Shown here one piece after another: positions 1 to 9,815 of a stretch of DNA of 64,000 bases. This stretch comes from Gammaproteobacteria bacterium (lineage in GTDB: Bacteria > Pseudomonadota > Gammaproteobacteria > JBCCGL01), in assembly GCA_965277715.1 (NCBI GenBank), contig OZ255836.1:1024001-1088000 (forward strand), in the 5' to 3' direction. Position 1 is the stretch's first letter. Each line of letters begins with the position of its first letter. Below the pieces are notes generated by a model. It did no database searches. It saw only the letters and a program-made list of their open reading frames with translations, and was not told the DNA's origin. A program made the position numbers and the translations under genes.

Positions 1-474
1 GGTGGTCACCGCGCTTTCCGTGGCCATACGGGTATGCCCCAGCGCGTGTGTACCGCACATCGACTCAACCCCATAGCGGTCAATCACACTGGCGGGCAGG
101 CCTTTTTCCTTGAAAATTTCAATCGCACGGCCAGCGCTGTTGATATGCAGTTCTGGGTGGTGGGTATTCAACCAGTCACTGACCTCAGCGACTGGTTTTG
201 GCAACGTCGCCACGGCGTGGTTGACCAACACAGCTATCGAAACCTCGCCAAACGCGGCTTTTAAAGCACCTTCCACTGTCTGCCAGTCATAGTGATCGTC
301 GGGTGCAAGCAGGGTTATTTTGCACCCATTGAGCGAAGCTTCATCGCGGTACACCGCAATGCCTGCGCTATCTGGGCCGCGCTCTGTCATTTCGACTAAC
401 ATGGGGGCCATCAATGCGCCCAAGCGGCTTTCCAGCGCAGGGTTTTTAATAAACAGGCCAACAATACCGCACAT
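1..474 (-). CDS. glxB: Class II glutamine amidotransferase, N-methylglutamate synthase subunit (GlxB/MgsA-like); 3' part runs off the window
   Basis: Not in the ORF track. Translated by hand from the ATG at 474: MCGIVGLFIKNPALESRLG...ERGPDSAGIAVY...GHTRMATES. N-terminal Cys nucleophile, GGAG upstream, divergent from the gmaS-like gene. Confidence 0.85.
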   Translation of the reverse strand, partial: MCGIVGLFIKNPALESRLGALMAPMLVEMTERGPDSAGIAVYRDEASLNGCKITLLAPDDHYDWQTVEGALKAAFGEVSIAVLVNHAVATLPKPVAEVSDWLNTHHPELHINSAGRAIEIFKEKGLPASVIDRYGVESMCGTHALGHTRMATESAVTT

Positions 475-614
475 CAGATACTCCGCTTGTAATGGTAATG
501 AAACAGGGCGTGGACACTAAACGCGCCCTGGATATTTGTCAATTTGGTATTTGTCACAATACACCTAACATTACCCATTACAACAGAGAGTTACCTGATA
601 TTGAGCATATCTTG

Positions 615-647
615 AAAGCCCCTCTCCCGAGCTGGGAGAGGGGCTTT
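615..647. repeat. REP-like palindrome AAAGCCCCTCTCCC-N5-GGGAGAGGGGCTTT
   Basis: Perfect 14-bp inverted repeat in the glxB-gmaS intergenic region. Confidence 0.6.
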
Positions 648-764
648 TGTGCCACCCTCTATTGGAGGATGTCACTGCCGTTCTCCCCCTCAATTGTCAA
701 TACCTGAAAACAACGCTACAGTGCGGCCTTATTTTATCGCTGACAATGCAGGCTGAACGAACGA

Positions 765-2108
765 ATGAATAACAATGACTTACAAAAAGATTTGATAGCG
801 CAAGAAGTAAAGTATGCACTGGCTTCATACGTCGATATTCACGGTGTATCCAAATCCAAAACGGTGCCTATCGACCATCTAAATCGTATGATGGGTGGTT
901 CGGAGTTGTGCACAGGCGCCGCACTTGATGGGGTTCCGCAAGCGGTCAGCGACGAAGAGATTTCCCCGCACCCAGACCCTGACAGTGTCGTTGTATGCCC
1001 CTGGCAACCGGATGTCGCTTGGTTTGCCAGCGACCTTTATCTGCACGGCAAGCCGTTTGAGGCCTGTTCAAGAAACATTTTCAAGCGCACCTTGGCCAAG
1101 GCCGATGCAATGGGTTACCGCTTTAACTTTGGGATTGAACCCGAGTTATATCTGTTGCAGGCAGACGGTAGAGGTGGCTATGAGCCGATAGGCACACGCG
1201 ACGTGCTGGCCAAACCCGCTTACGATGTGCGCAGCACGCTCGATAACCTGGATATTCTGGATAAGATTGTCAGCGCACTGAACAGCGTGGGTTACGATGT
1301 CTACTCCTACGACCACGAAGACGGCAACGGCCAATACGAAATCGATTTTATGTACATGGACGGGTTAAAAATGGCCGACCGATTCGTGTTCTTTCGTTTA
1401 TTGGTGCAGGAGATTGCCCATCAAAATGGCCTCTTGGCTTCGTTTATGCCCAAGCCATTCGGTGATCGGGCCGGTAGTGGCGCTCACTACAACATGTCAC
1501 TGGCGGATAAACACACGGGTAATAATCTGTTTGACGCCGAGGATGACGCCCGTGGCTGCGATCTCTCACAATTGGGTTACTATTTTATTGGCGGTATTCT
1601 CAAGCACCTGCCCGCCCTGTGTGCCGTGGTATCGCCGACGGTCAATAGTTATAAACGCCTGATTAAGGAGGGCAGTATGTCCGGGTTTACTTGGGCGCCG
1701 GTATTTGCCTGTTTTGGCAATAATAATCGCACCAATGCAGTGCGTGTACCGTTGGGGGGTGGGCGTGTTGAGTTGCGCGCTGCCGATATTGCCAACAACC
1801 CGTATTTGGGTGGGGCGATGGTATTGGCGGCCGGGCTGGAGGGCATCGAACAAAAAATCGATCCCGGTGCGCCGCATACAGACAACATGTATCTCAAGAG
1901 CCAGCAGGAGTTGGCCGCGCTGGGTATTGAGCGATTGCCCCGCACGCTGGCAGATGCGGTTGATGCATTTGAAAATGACCCACTATCACGGCAGGTGATG
2001 GGTGATTTGATGGCGCAGACGTTTATCGATTTTAAGCGCAATGAGTGGGAGGAGTATATGAACCATGTCTCTGATTGGGAGCGCAGCCGCTACCTGAAGT
2101 TCTACTAG
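765..2108 (+). CDS. gmaS: Type III glutamate-ammonia ligase / gamma-glutamylmethylamide synthetase (GlnT/GmaS)
   Basis: Glutamine synthetase motifs GIEPE, DHEDGNGQYE, FMPKPF, GSGAH, NNRT, ELRAAD; neighbours are glxB and amt. Confidence 0.8.
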   Translation: MNNNDLQKDLIAQEVKYALASYVDIHGVSKSKTVPIDHLNRMMGGSELCTGAALDGVPQAVSDEEISPHPDPDSVVVCPWQPDVAWFASDLYLHGKPFEACSRNIFKRTLAKADAMGYRFNFGIEPELYLLQADGRGGYEPIGTRDVLAKPAYDVRSTLDNLDILDKIVSALNSVGYDVYSYDHEDGNGQYEIDFMYMDGLKMADRFVFFRLLVQEIAHQNGLLASFMPKPFGDRAGSGAHYNMSLADKHTGNNLFDAEDDARGCDLSQLGYYFIGGILKHLPALCAVVSPTVNSYKRLIKEGSMSGFTWAPVFACFGNNNRTNAVRVPLGGGRVELRAADIANNPYLGGAMVLAAGLEGIEQKIDPGAPHTDNMYLKSQQELAALGIERLPRTLADAVDAFENDPLSRQVMGDLMAQTFIDFKRNEWEEYMNHVSDWERSRYLKFY

Positions 2109-2257
2109 ACCCCTTAATGCATCGATTTACCTTAATAGTGGAAATTGTTTTGTGTGCGTTGCTTAGCTCATTTTTATCAGTTTTTGTATTTATGGGGTTG
2201 TGCCTCTGGCGTATTGCCCGCTCACCAGCACACTCTATTTCTCTTTTATTAATCCAT

Positions 2258-2297
2258 AAAAAAAACCGCAACCACCAAAGGTAGCTGCGGCTTTTTT
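2258..2297 (-). terminator. Intrinsic terminator of the amt/small-ORF operon
   Basis: On the minus strand, GCCGCAGCTACC-TTT-GGTGGTTGCGGT followed by a T run. Confidence 0.7.
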
Positions 2298-2314
2298 ACG
2301 GTCAATGCCGGGTA

Positions 2315-2482
2315 CTAACCGTGTTCTTTTTCAGCCTCGTTCTCGGCTTTATAAGAAACGACCAGCGGTACGATGCACAGTGCACACATCACCCAGAACC
2401 ACAAGTTAGCACCACCACTACCGGCCCAGGTAAAAATGGCTTCTGCACCTTCCCAGCTTTCTATTGGGCTTGAATTAAACAT
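2315..2482 (-). CDS. Small (55 aa) single-TM membrane protein downstream of amt
   Basis: Translated by hand: MFNSSPIESWEGAEAIFTWAGSGGANLWFWVMCALCIVPLVVSYKAENEAEKEHG. GGAG RBS 8 nt before the ATG, 14 nt after the amt stop, followed by a terminator. Confidence 0.75.
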   Translation of the reverse strand: MFNSSPIESWEGAEAIFTWAGSGGANLWFWVMCALCIVPLVVSYKAENEAEKEHG

Positions 2483-2496
2483 AGTATTTTCTCCGG

Positions 2497-3801
2497 TTAA
2501 CTTTTAATTTCTTCAGGATAAGCAATGTTTTCAACATCGGAGTCCATACCTACCTGTTGAACGCCATCGCTTGCACGCAAAATACCCATTTTCTTCATCA
2601 CGAGGGAAATGACGTATCCTGGGATAAAGCCCAGTAACAGCATGACGATCATGCCCGCAAATTGGCCAAAGAAGCTGATTGCAGGCGTAGTCGATGGGTC
2701 GTGACTGGGGTATCCACCCATAAACAAACCACACGCGAGCAGTCCCCAAATACCGCAAAAACCGTGTACGGAAACAGCGCCCACTGCATCATCGATGCCG
2801 AAACGTTCCAGCAAACGCGCACCCATTGGGCCAATGCAACCACCGACGAAAGCGACACAGAAAGCCAGACCCGGATACCACAGATCAAGACCGGCAGCGG
2901 CGGAGATAACCCCACACAGTGCGCCAGACATCATCCAGAAAGGATCGCGGGTCATGGCGTAACAACCGATGATACCGCCAGCGACAGCCATCAGGGTGTT
3001 AAAACAAAATGCCGACAGCGTAGTGGCACCACCGTAGATATTGGTCCACTCTGTTTCAGTGAAACTGACGGGTGTACCCGGAAAGATCAGGCAGGCACCG
3101 AGGAAACCAAAGAAACCCACAACAATCAGCATAAGACCGGTTGCCGTCATGGGCAGGCTGTGCCCCTTGATAACATTGGCAGAACCATCGGCATTAAATT
3201 TGCCGACGCGTGGCCCCAGGTTAATCAGTACGCCCAATGCAAAGAAACCGGAGATCATATGTACCACACCGGAGGCACCCACATCGTGATAGCCCCAGGT
3301 GGTGACCATCCAACCGGCGTAATGCCAACCCCAGGATGCAGACAGGTTCCAGACAACAGACCCCAGTATTACCGCCAGGATGATAAATGCCATCATGCGG
3401 ATGCGTTCAATCACAGCACCCGACATAATCGACGCTGTCGTACAGGCAAATAATGTAAACGCCCCCCAAAACACGCCCGTGGCGTGATCCGCGAGGTTTG
3501 GCCCCATCGATTCACCCCAGGGAACACCGCCTGCGCCCGCTTCCCAGTCCGGCACAAAGCCGTTGTACATAGCGAGATAGATCCACCAGCCAAACATATA
3601 GAAAGTGGGAATCATAAAGGCGAACGCCAGGATATTTTTAGTGCCGGACGCCAGGGTGTGTTTGACACGGGATGCGCCCATTTCATACATTAAAAAGCCA
3701 GCATGAATCAAAATCATGATCGCCGTCGCCCAATAGTAATAAATCTCAAGATTTATTACATTGGCCGCCGTAATGGCCGCTTGTAGCTCTTCTGGAGTCA
3801 T
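2497..3801 (-). CDS. Ammonium/methylammonium transporter (Amt family)
   Basis: About 11 TM segments; SGAVIER, GVVH and DDAVGAVSVHG twin-His motifs; GGGAGG RBS. Confidence 0.9.
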   Translation of the reverse strand: MTPEELQAAITAANVINLEIYYYWATAIMILIHAGFLMYEMGASRVKHTLASGTKNILAFAFMIPTFYMFGWWIYLAMYNGFVPDWEAGAGGVPWGESMGPNLADHATGVFWGAFTLFACTTASIMSGAVIERIRMMAFIILAVILGSVVWNLSASWGWHYAGWMVTTWGYHDVGASGVVHMISGFFALGVLINLGPRVGKFNADGSANVIKGHSLPMTATGLMLIVVGFFGFLGACLIFPGTPVSFTETEWTNIYGGATTLSAFCFNTLMAVAGGIIGCYAMTRDPFWMMSGALCGVISAAAGLDLWYPGLAFCVAFVGGCIGPMGARLLERFGIDDAVGAVSVHGFCGIWGLLACGLFMGGYPSHDPSTTPAISFFGQFAGMIVMLLLGFIPGYVISLVMKKMGILRASDGVQQVGMDSDVENIAYPEEIKS

Positions 3802-4184
3802 AGTCCTCCCCCTTAGTAATCGAAGATTATTAGAAAAATAAATTTATAGTGTCAGTAATCGTTCAACCAGTTTTTTGCTAACTTATGGCACTGTTTACAA
3901 ACGATACCTTATGTAATGCAGCCGGTTGGTTGCATTGGAAGCCGAGTTTACCTGTAAATGGCGCTCAATTGCGATAGGTTTTTTGGTTCTAATTGGTATT
4001 TTTTAGCATAATGTACACGATGGTTATCGCGCTTGTGTGGGCTTCATAATAGATAATGACAGTGAAAGTTATGAATTTGGATGACCAGGTTGATGGTATT
4101 TTACTTTGCATCAATACATTCACTATTGGTATAAATTGGTATAGTCACTGAAAATTGACTGTATTCAGATTTTAGAGGTTATGA

Positions 4185-5096
4185 ATGAACGCGAACAATA
4201 ATTACAATAATGCCACCGTCAACTGGCAGGGAAATAGTGTTTCAATTGATGCCCGTCAAATACCCTCATTTGACGCAGACCAGGCCGATATCGACACCTA
4301 TCGACACGACGGTGTCGTGCTGCTCCAGGGGGCATTTGTTGATTGGGTCGATGTATTGCGCAGAGGCCTGCAACGCAATCTGGATAACCCACAGCAGTTT
4401 GCCTTTCCCTGTGAAAGTAATCCACAGGGCGAGCCGGGGCGGTTTTTCGATAGTTATTGCAACTGGCAATTGATCCCCGAGTACCTCGACTTTATTTCAC
4501 ACACCTGCGCTGCATCAATGGCCGGACAATTTATGGGGGGCACGCGTGCGCAGTTCTTTCACGAACATACTTTTATAAAAACACCGGGAACCCAGCGGGC
4601 AACACCCTGGCACCAGGACTTACCCTACTACTGTGTTGACGGCACCCGGACTGCAAGTATTTATGTATCGATGGATTGCACTGATGCCGATGTCGCAGTG
4701 CAATTTGTCAGGGGCTCACACCGCTGGAACACGCTGTTTTACCCGCGTGTTTTTCTCGATGGCAGTGACTTTGAAGACAGCAGGGTAAACACAGATATGG
4801 AGCGTGCTCCAGATATTGACGCCAACCCCAAACACTACGATATCACCCAGTGGTCACTGGCGCCGGGAGATGCGATTATCTTTGATTTTCGCACATTGCA
4901 TGGCACGGGAAACGCTGAAGTCAAATCGCTGCGGCGCGCTTTTTCAACACGCTGGATAGGTGACGATGTGCGCTATTGCCAGCGTATTGGCACCACCTCA
5001 CCACCCTATAGTAATCACGGTATGCAACACGGTGATGTAATGCGTGAAGACTGGTTTCCTGTGCTTTGGCAGAATACGAACAGCGCGGGTGCATAG
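4185..5096 (+). CDS. Phytanoyl-CoA dioxygenase (PhyH) family Fe(II)/2OG oxygenase
   Basis: TPWHQD...GSH...PGD...TLHG facial-triad motifs. Confidence 0.85.
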   Translation: MNANNNYNNATVNWQGNSVSIDARQIPSFDADQADIDTYRHDGVVLLQGAFVDWVDVLRRGLQRNLDNPQQFAFPCESNPQGEPGRFFDSYCNWQLIPEYLDFISHTCAASMAGQFMGGTRAQFFHEHTFIKTPGTQRATPWHQDLPYYCVDGTRTASIYVSMDCTDADVAVQFVRGSHRWNTLFYPRVFLDGSDFEDSRVNTDMERAPDIDANPKHYDITQWSLAPGDAIIFDFRTLHGTGNAEVKSLRRAFSTRWIGDDVRYCQRIGTTSPPYSNHGMQHGDVMREDWFPVLWQNTNSAGA

Positions 5097-5170
5097 GTGA
5101 CAACAAAACTGACTGGTGCACAAACAGCCAATCTGATAATCTGCGCCGCTTGAAAAATGGTGGTATTGAT

Positions 5171-5617
5171 ATGTCTACAATTTCAATCTTCGTCGGTTCG
5201 GTTTACGGTACGGCCAAAGCAGTCGCCGACGATGTTAAGGACGGACTGGAAGGTGCTGGGCACAGCGTTAGCGTGATCGAGAATGCCAGGGCCGCCGATC
5301 TGCCTGCAGGCGATGGCGCCATACTGCTGGTGTGTACCTCAACCACCGGAGCTGGCGAATTGCCCGGCAATATCGAACCATTTTACCTTGAACTCAAAGG
5401 CGCCCCACAATCACTGGTACACCTTCGTTACGGCATTATTAATCTGGGCGACAGTTCATTTGGTGATACCTATTGCGGTGCTGGCAAGTTGATGGATGAA
5501 ATGCTTAGTGACCTCGGTGCCAGCGCGCTGGCGCCACCGTTGGAAATCGATGCCTGCGAGACATTGATGCCAGAGGAAGAGGCTGTGCCTTGGGCGGTTG
5601 AGTTGTTGGGGGGGTGA
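5171..5617 (+). CDS. Flavodoxin (MioC/YqcA-like)
   Basis: GSVYGTA, TSTTGAGE and LGDSSF FMN-binding motifs; the ATG at 5171 is preferred over the ORF-track start. Confidence 0.85.
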   Translation: MSTISIFVGSVYGTAKAVADDVKDGLEGAGHSVSVIENARAADLPAGDGAILLVCTSTTGAGELPGNIEPFYLELKGAPQSLVHLRYGIINLGDSSFGDTYCGAGKLMDEMLSDLGASALAPPLEIDACETLMPEEEAVPWAVELLGG

Positions 5618-5692
5618 AGCTGAAATGCTGGTAAAAGCGCTTTAGATTCAGTGCGTTAGGTGGTCGCAGTAGATTCAACTGCGGAATTTAGG
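5615..5692. mobile_element. Right half of the MITE whose full copy is at 43753-43873
   Basis: TGAAGCTGAAATGCTGGTAAAAGCGCTTTAGATTC...GATTCAACTGCGGAATTTAGG is near-identical to 43796-43873. Confidence 0.8.
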
Positions 5693-5693
5693 T

Positions 5694-6092
5694 TCAAGGA
5701 GCTAGAATTTCCCAGCCGCTGAATACTATGTCGGTGGCGTTGGTGATTAGGATGCGCTTATCTGCTGTTGCAATTTCCGGGTAGCGCTGTGAGCTGATTA
5801 TTCTGTCCAGGCGCCGGGGGCCAAAGGTGACCAGTGACCCCGGGGTTGGTTTTTTCTGCCAGCTATGGATACGGCTTTTGCCGGTAACTAAGGCGAATTC
5901 TGCGTAACGGTGTTTGTTTGCGTATGTTTGAATAATATTGTCGACTTTGTGCCAATCAGCCTGCATTGCAAATGAAGCGTCGATGCCGATAACAATGCGG
6001 CCCGGTTTTTCTCCCAGCCAATAGTGCCCACCCGCAAATGTAAGCCCCCACACCAGCGACTGAATGGCAAGCCATTTAATAAAAACCTGCAC
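5694..6092 (-). CDS. Small membrane-anchored vWA-like protein
   Basis: N-terminal TM, then IVIGIDASFAM (partial MIDAS); last gene of the telA operon. Confidence 0.6.
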   Translation of the reverse strand: MQVFIKWLAIQSLVWGLTFAGGHYWLGEKPGRIVIGIDASFAMQADWHKVDNIIQTYANKHRYAEFALVTGKSRIHSWQKKPTPGSLVTFGPRRLDRIISSQRYPEIATADKRILITNATDIVFSGWEILAP

Positions 6093-6096
6093 TGGA

Positions 6097-7866
6097 TTAC
6101 ATCTGGGCGTTTAACAGGTTGCCGATCTTATACGAGACATCGCCTTCGCCCGCGTTGATGCTGGATGCCTCCACCAGCCCGGAAAGTTCTTTTAGCCTGG
6201 GTAAGTCTGCCTCGTAACCAATAGTGTATATCGGTATGGAAAGCCCAGGGATAATCTTTACCAGATCGTCAAAACCATGCCCATCCTTACTTTTACCATC
6301 GGTGAGTATGAAAAGCATCATCCGGTTATCCGGTTTTTGCTGCCTCAGGGTAACCAATTTCATCAGCGAAACGGCAATACCGTCATACATCGCCGTCCCC
6401 CCCCTTGCCGACAAATCCTGAACTGCCGCAAAGAATGCCGCTTTCTGGATAAGGTCGAACTTTTTCGGTTCCAACAAAACCGTTGCACGATCATTAAAAC
6501 GGATTAAGCCAATTTCGTTTTCTGCGGAAATAAAATCACTGCCCGCCAACAAAGCCTTTTTTAACCCCTTGATACGGGAGCCAGCCATAGACCCTGATAC
6601 GTCGGCGAGAAAGATAGCGGTAATAGGCTGGTTGGCATTTTTGTGGGTTTTCCAGATTTTTTGCGCCTTCTGCAGAATGCGGCCATCGGGCAGTTGATAC
6701 GCCGAGGTATAGTCCTTATTGGCGTTGAAGTCATAACGGTCTGCACGTTTTCTATAGGTGGGTTTGTCGGCAAACAGCAAAAAAGCCTTGAGTATCTGCT
6801 GTTGGGTAACATCGAGGTCGCCCACCGAGTACAGCGGGTTATCATGCCGAAAGCCAAAGGGAATAAAAACGTAGTCATTCGCCATAGGGGGGGAGGTTTG
6901 TGCAAAGGTCTGGTATTCCATCACAAAGGCATCCAGTGTGCCGTTACCCGATACAGACTCACGCATCTGCAAGGTGGTCATCGCTACAAAGGGCACGCCC
7001 TGTTGAAAACGTTGCAGCGCACTGACCACTTCAGGTTTTAGCATTTGTTCATCGGTGGCGCCGCTGAAGGCATTCAGTATTGTCACCAGAAAATTCAGGC
7101 CCGTGCTGCTGGCGTAAGGGTTGGTATACCCCATCACCAGTTTGCCCTGCACCACGGCATCGATAAGGTTCTCAACACTCAGGGTGGTGTATTCCTGTTC
7201 AAGCCGTTCGGCGACACTTTTCTTCATCACAATACCGGCTGTATTACCCACCAGGCGCTCCCGCTCAGTGGTAATCTTCACCCCATGCGCACGCACCATT
7301 TCACCCCACAGGGCATTGCTGGGTGTAAAAAGCTGAGGGCGGTATTTACCCGAGGCAATAAATTGATAAGCTGTGCCCGAAGCGACCTTGCGCAAAGCCA
7401 CTTTCGCCGACCGACCATCACTCAGGCGGATATCTGCCGCATTAAAATCGGTCGCCAATTCGGTGAGCCAGCCATCCGGGCCATCGCCAGCTTTTTCGCT
7501 GGATGAAAAAATTTCTATCACCGCTTGTTGTTTACCCCAGATCTGTGGTCCCACACCAATAGGAAACTGGTCAATGGGCGGCAGTGAGTCCATCAGGTTA
7601 TTGGAGGTCAGTGAGACATTAGCGCGGCGCGTGACGATTTTGGTATTCCAGTTAATTTTCTCAACCAGTTTGTGCAGCATCTCTTCGGATTTTTCTCTGG
7701 ACATCGGCCCAGCATTACCCCCTACAAAGTCACAGGCGGTCAGTGCCCCCGTCAGTGCCAATACAAAGACACATGCCATCCATTTGAGAGGGCGTTGGGA
7801 GGTGTTTAGCCGCAACAACACTGTTTCCAAAATTCTCTTAGGTAAAGTAAAAACAGGGATCATCAT
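6097..7866 (-). CDS. Lipoprotein with extracellular solute-binding-like domain and C-terminal vWA domain
   Basis: Lipobox LTAC; TNPYASSTG; C-terminal DVSGSM, GGTAMYD and LTDG MIDAS motifs. Confidence 0.8.
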   Translation of the reverse strand: MMIPVFTLPKRILETVLLRLNTSQRPLKWMACVFVLALTGALTACDFVGGNAGPMSREKSEEMLHKLVEKINWNTKIVTRRANVSLTSNNLMDSLPPIDQFPIGVGPQIWGKQQAVIEIFSSSEKAGDGPDGWLTELATDFNAADIRLSDGRSAKVALRKVASGTAYQFIASGKYRPQLFTPSNALWGEMVRAHGVKITTERERLVGNTAGIVMKKSVAERLEQEYTTLSVENLIDAVVQGKLVMGYTNPYASSTGLNFLVTILNAFSGATDEQMLKPEVVSALQRFQQGVPFVAMTTLQMRESVSGNGTLDAFVMEYQTFAQTSPPMANDYVFIPFGFRHDNPLYSVGDLDVTQQQILKAFLLFADKPTYRKRADRYDFNANKDYTSAYQLPDGRILQKAQKIWKTHKNANQPITAIFLADVSGSMAGSRIKGLKKALLAGSDFISAENEIGLIRFNDRATVLLEPKKFDLIQKAAFFAAVQDLSARGGTAMYDGIAVSLMKLVTLRQQKPDNRMMLFILTDGKSKDGHGFDDLVKIIPGLSIPIYTIGYEADLPRLKELSGLVEASSINAGEGDVSYKIGNLLNAQM

Positions 7867-7875
7867 CGCTCCTCA

Positions 7876-8610
7876 TCAATGGGTTGCCGCTGAATACCGT
7901 GAAGCGCGGCTGGCCAGCGCCTCCAATGCATCAATGGCATTACGGTTTTCCAGTGGTGCCTCGGTATGGGCATTGGCCAGTGCTGTACTGACGTTGGTCA
8001 GTGAAGTCATCGCCTCTTCATTTTCCACCAATAACTGCTCTGCCTTAGCCAATTGTTCTGTGTGCAACGCATGGCGCTTTAATAAAGTGAGCCTTTCGGC
8101 ATCCGTTTCAGACATCTGCGCAAGCCGTACCTCCAGTGTCTCAATATCGATACTTTTGACACTCTCCAGCGCCGCACGCAAATTTTTCAGGTTTTGAATC
8201 CCCCCCTGATAAACAGTCTCAGCCGTCTGCTGGTAGCGGTGATAGGTGAACTCATCCGCCTGAAACCGGAGCTTGAGCACATCGATAAATGCCGTCAGTT
8301 TGGTGTTCAGTTGTGTGAGTTGTGCCTGGCCCTGTTCACTTCCCAGACGCATCAGGTCACGGCGCAATATATCCAGGTCATCCGTTTGGTATTGCGTCTT
8401 GCGGGCAGACAGGTAAGCGCGGAATCCATTATCGTACTTGAGCAATACACCCCAGGAAACAAATCCAAACAAAAAAACCGCGACGCCCAATAGGTAACTG
8501 AACAAACCAGCATCCGATTGAAACCAATAGCCTACCGCTACCGCAGCAAGGGTATTGCCAATCGCTACCCCCCAGCTCCAGGGGTAGCTAAAAATACGCG
8601 ACAAAATCAT
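7876..8610 (-). CDS. Hypothetical 2-TM plus coiled-coil protein in the telA operon
   Basis: Two N-terminal hydrophobic helices and a helical tail; tightly spaced between telA and the vWA gene. Confidence 0.7.
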   Translation of the reverse strand: MILSRIFSYPWSWGVAIGNTLAAVAVGYWFQSDAGLFSYLLGVAVFLFGFVSWGVLLKYDNGFRAYLSARKTQYQTDDLDILRRDLMRLGSEQGQAQLTQLNTKLTAFIDVLKLRFQADEFTYHRYQQTAETVYQGGIQNLKNLRAALESVKSIDIETLEVRLAQMSETDAERLTLLKRHALHTEQLAKAEQLLVENEEAMTSLTNVSTALANAHTEAPLENRNAIDALEALASRASRYSAATH

Positions 8611-8624
8611 CGGGCAGCGCCGGT

Positions 8625-9815
8625 TCAGGCTTGAGCCGACGGCTCACTGTGCAGATCCAGCAGCAACGCCTCACCCTGCTCACCGGCCTGCTCCATTTGG
8701 TTAATGGCATCTTCCATTTTGCCATTCAGTTCGTCCAGTTCGAGCACAGATTGCGCCATTTGTGGCAGTGCCTCCTGGCGAAAAGTACTAATATCATTGA
8801 GCGCCGCTTCGACATCGCTGAAAGCGCGTTTCAATGTATCCAGGTCAAGTTGTGAACTGGCCGCCTGTTTTTGTATTTCAGCGCCCTGTGTTTTTAACTT
8901 TTCGGCTGTTTGGGCAATCATATCGTTAGTCGTACTGGTGATCGCCTGCACGCCGGATAACACCCGTTTTTGATTGCTCAGCGCCAATGTGAGGCTGGCG
9001 GCTGTTTGCAAAGCGGTCACGGTCACATTTAGCGAGCGCTCAACACCGCGCATCAGTTCTTTGTTATTGCGAATAATCACCTCCGTCGTCAATACGCCCT
9101 GTTGATTAACCGCCAGTTGATTTTGCAAATCGAGGATGCGTTGGCGTAGGGTAAAGAGAATCTCCTCTTCGAGAAACTTACGGCGTTTATCGTCCAGTTG
9201 TGTATCGGTTTCCAGGCGCTGCACTAACCTGGCATCGACCTGCTGGCCAAACTGGATATAGTCCTGTAACTGAAACGTTAATTCGCGCATCTCCAGCTGA
9301 TCGTCGCTCAAGGTAATATTGTCGCGGCGCAATTGGTCCCTGCCCGCCTTTAAATCGTTAATAATATTTTGTACAACACTATCGACCGACTGGTATTTAA
9401 CGATCCAGCTTCTGAGTGTGCTGCCTACTCCAGGGAGCTTGCCCAGCAAACGCCGAAACCAGCTCATATCAAAATCGAACTGATTCGGGTTGATTTTGGC
9501 AATCGTGTCTTCGAGCTTTATCAGTGCAGTGGCCACCTCGCCACCGTCTTCTGCATCTTCCATCAATCTCGCCATAGGCTGTTTGAGCATCGCACTCTTA
9601 CGGGCGATAGAGGCTTGTAGTGACTGTGCGAGGCTACCCAGGGCACGGGTTTCCTGTTGCTGTTTACGAAGATCCCGTGGTTCGATATCCCACAACTGAT
9701 CGATCAGTTGGTCGGCCTGCTCATCGATACGTTGTTGCCGCTGCGGATTTTCAGTGGGTGCGGACTCAATGACCAGCGCGGTTTTTTGAACAGGTGTCAG
9801 CGGATTATTCTGCAT
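8625..9815 (-). CDS. Toxic anion resistance protein (TelA family)
   Basis: KYQSVDS, LRRDNITL, LRQRILDL, IIRNNKELMRGVER pattern typical of TelA/KlaA. Confidence 0.85.
   Translation of the reverse strand: MQNNPLTPVQKTALVIESAPTENPQRQQRIDEQADQLIDQLWDIEPRDLRKQQQETRALGSLAQSLQASIARKSAMLKQPMARLMEDAEDGGEVATALIKLEDTIAKINPNQFDFDMSWFRRLLGKLPGVGSTLRSWIVKYQSVDSVVQNIINDLKAGRDQLRRDNITLSDDQLEMRELTFQLQDYIQFGQQVDARLVQRLETDTQLDDKRRKFLEEEILFTLRQRILDLQNQLAVNQQGVLTTEVIIRNNKELMRGVERSLNVTVTALQTAASLTLALSNQKRVLSGVQAITSTTNDMIAQTAEKLKTQGAEIQKQAASSQLDLDTLKRAFSDVEAALNDISTFRQEALPQMAQSVLELDELNGKMEDAINQMEQAGEQGEALLLDLHSEPSAQA

Noticed and set aside
2662-3453. 263-aa plus-strand ORF, and other long antisense ORFs such as 7373-8197, 22156-23127 and 24198-25250
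   Set aside because: Shadows of well-supported genes on the opposite strand, with no recognisable motifs
6167-6176. GCCTCCACCA match to the ssrA 3' end as a possible att site
   Set aside because: Short match inside an intact CDS and on the wrong side of ssrA
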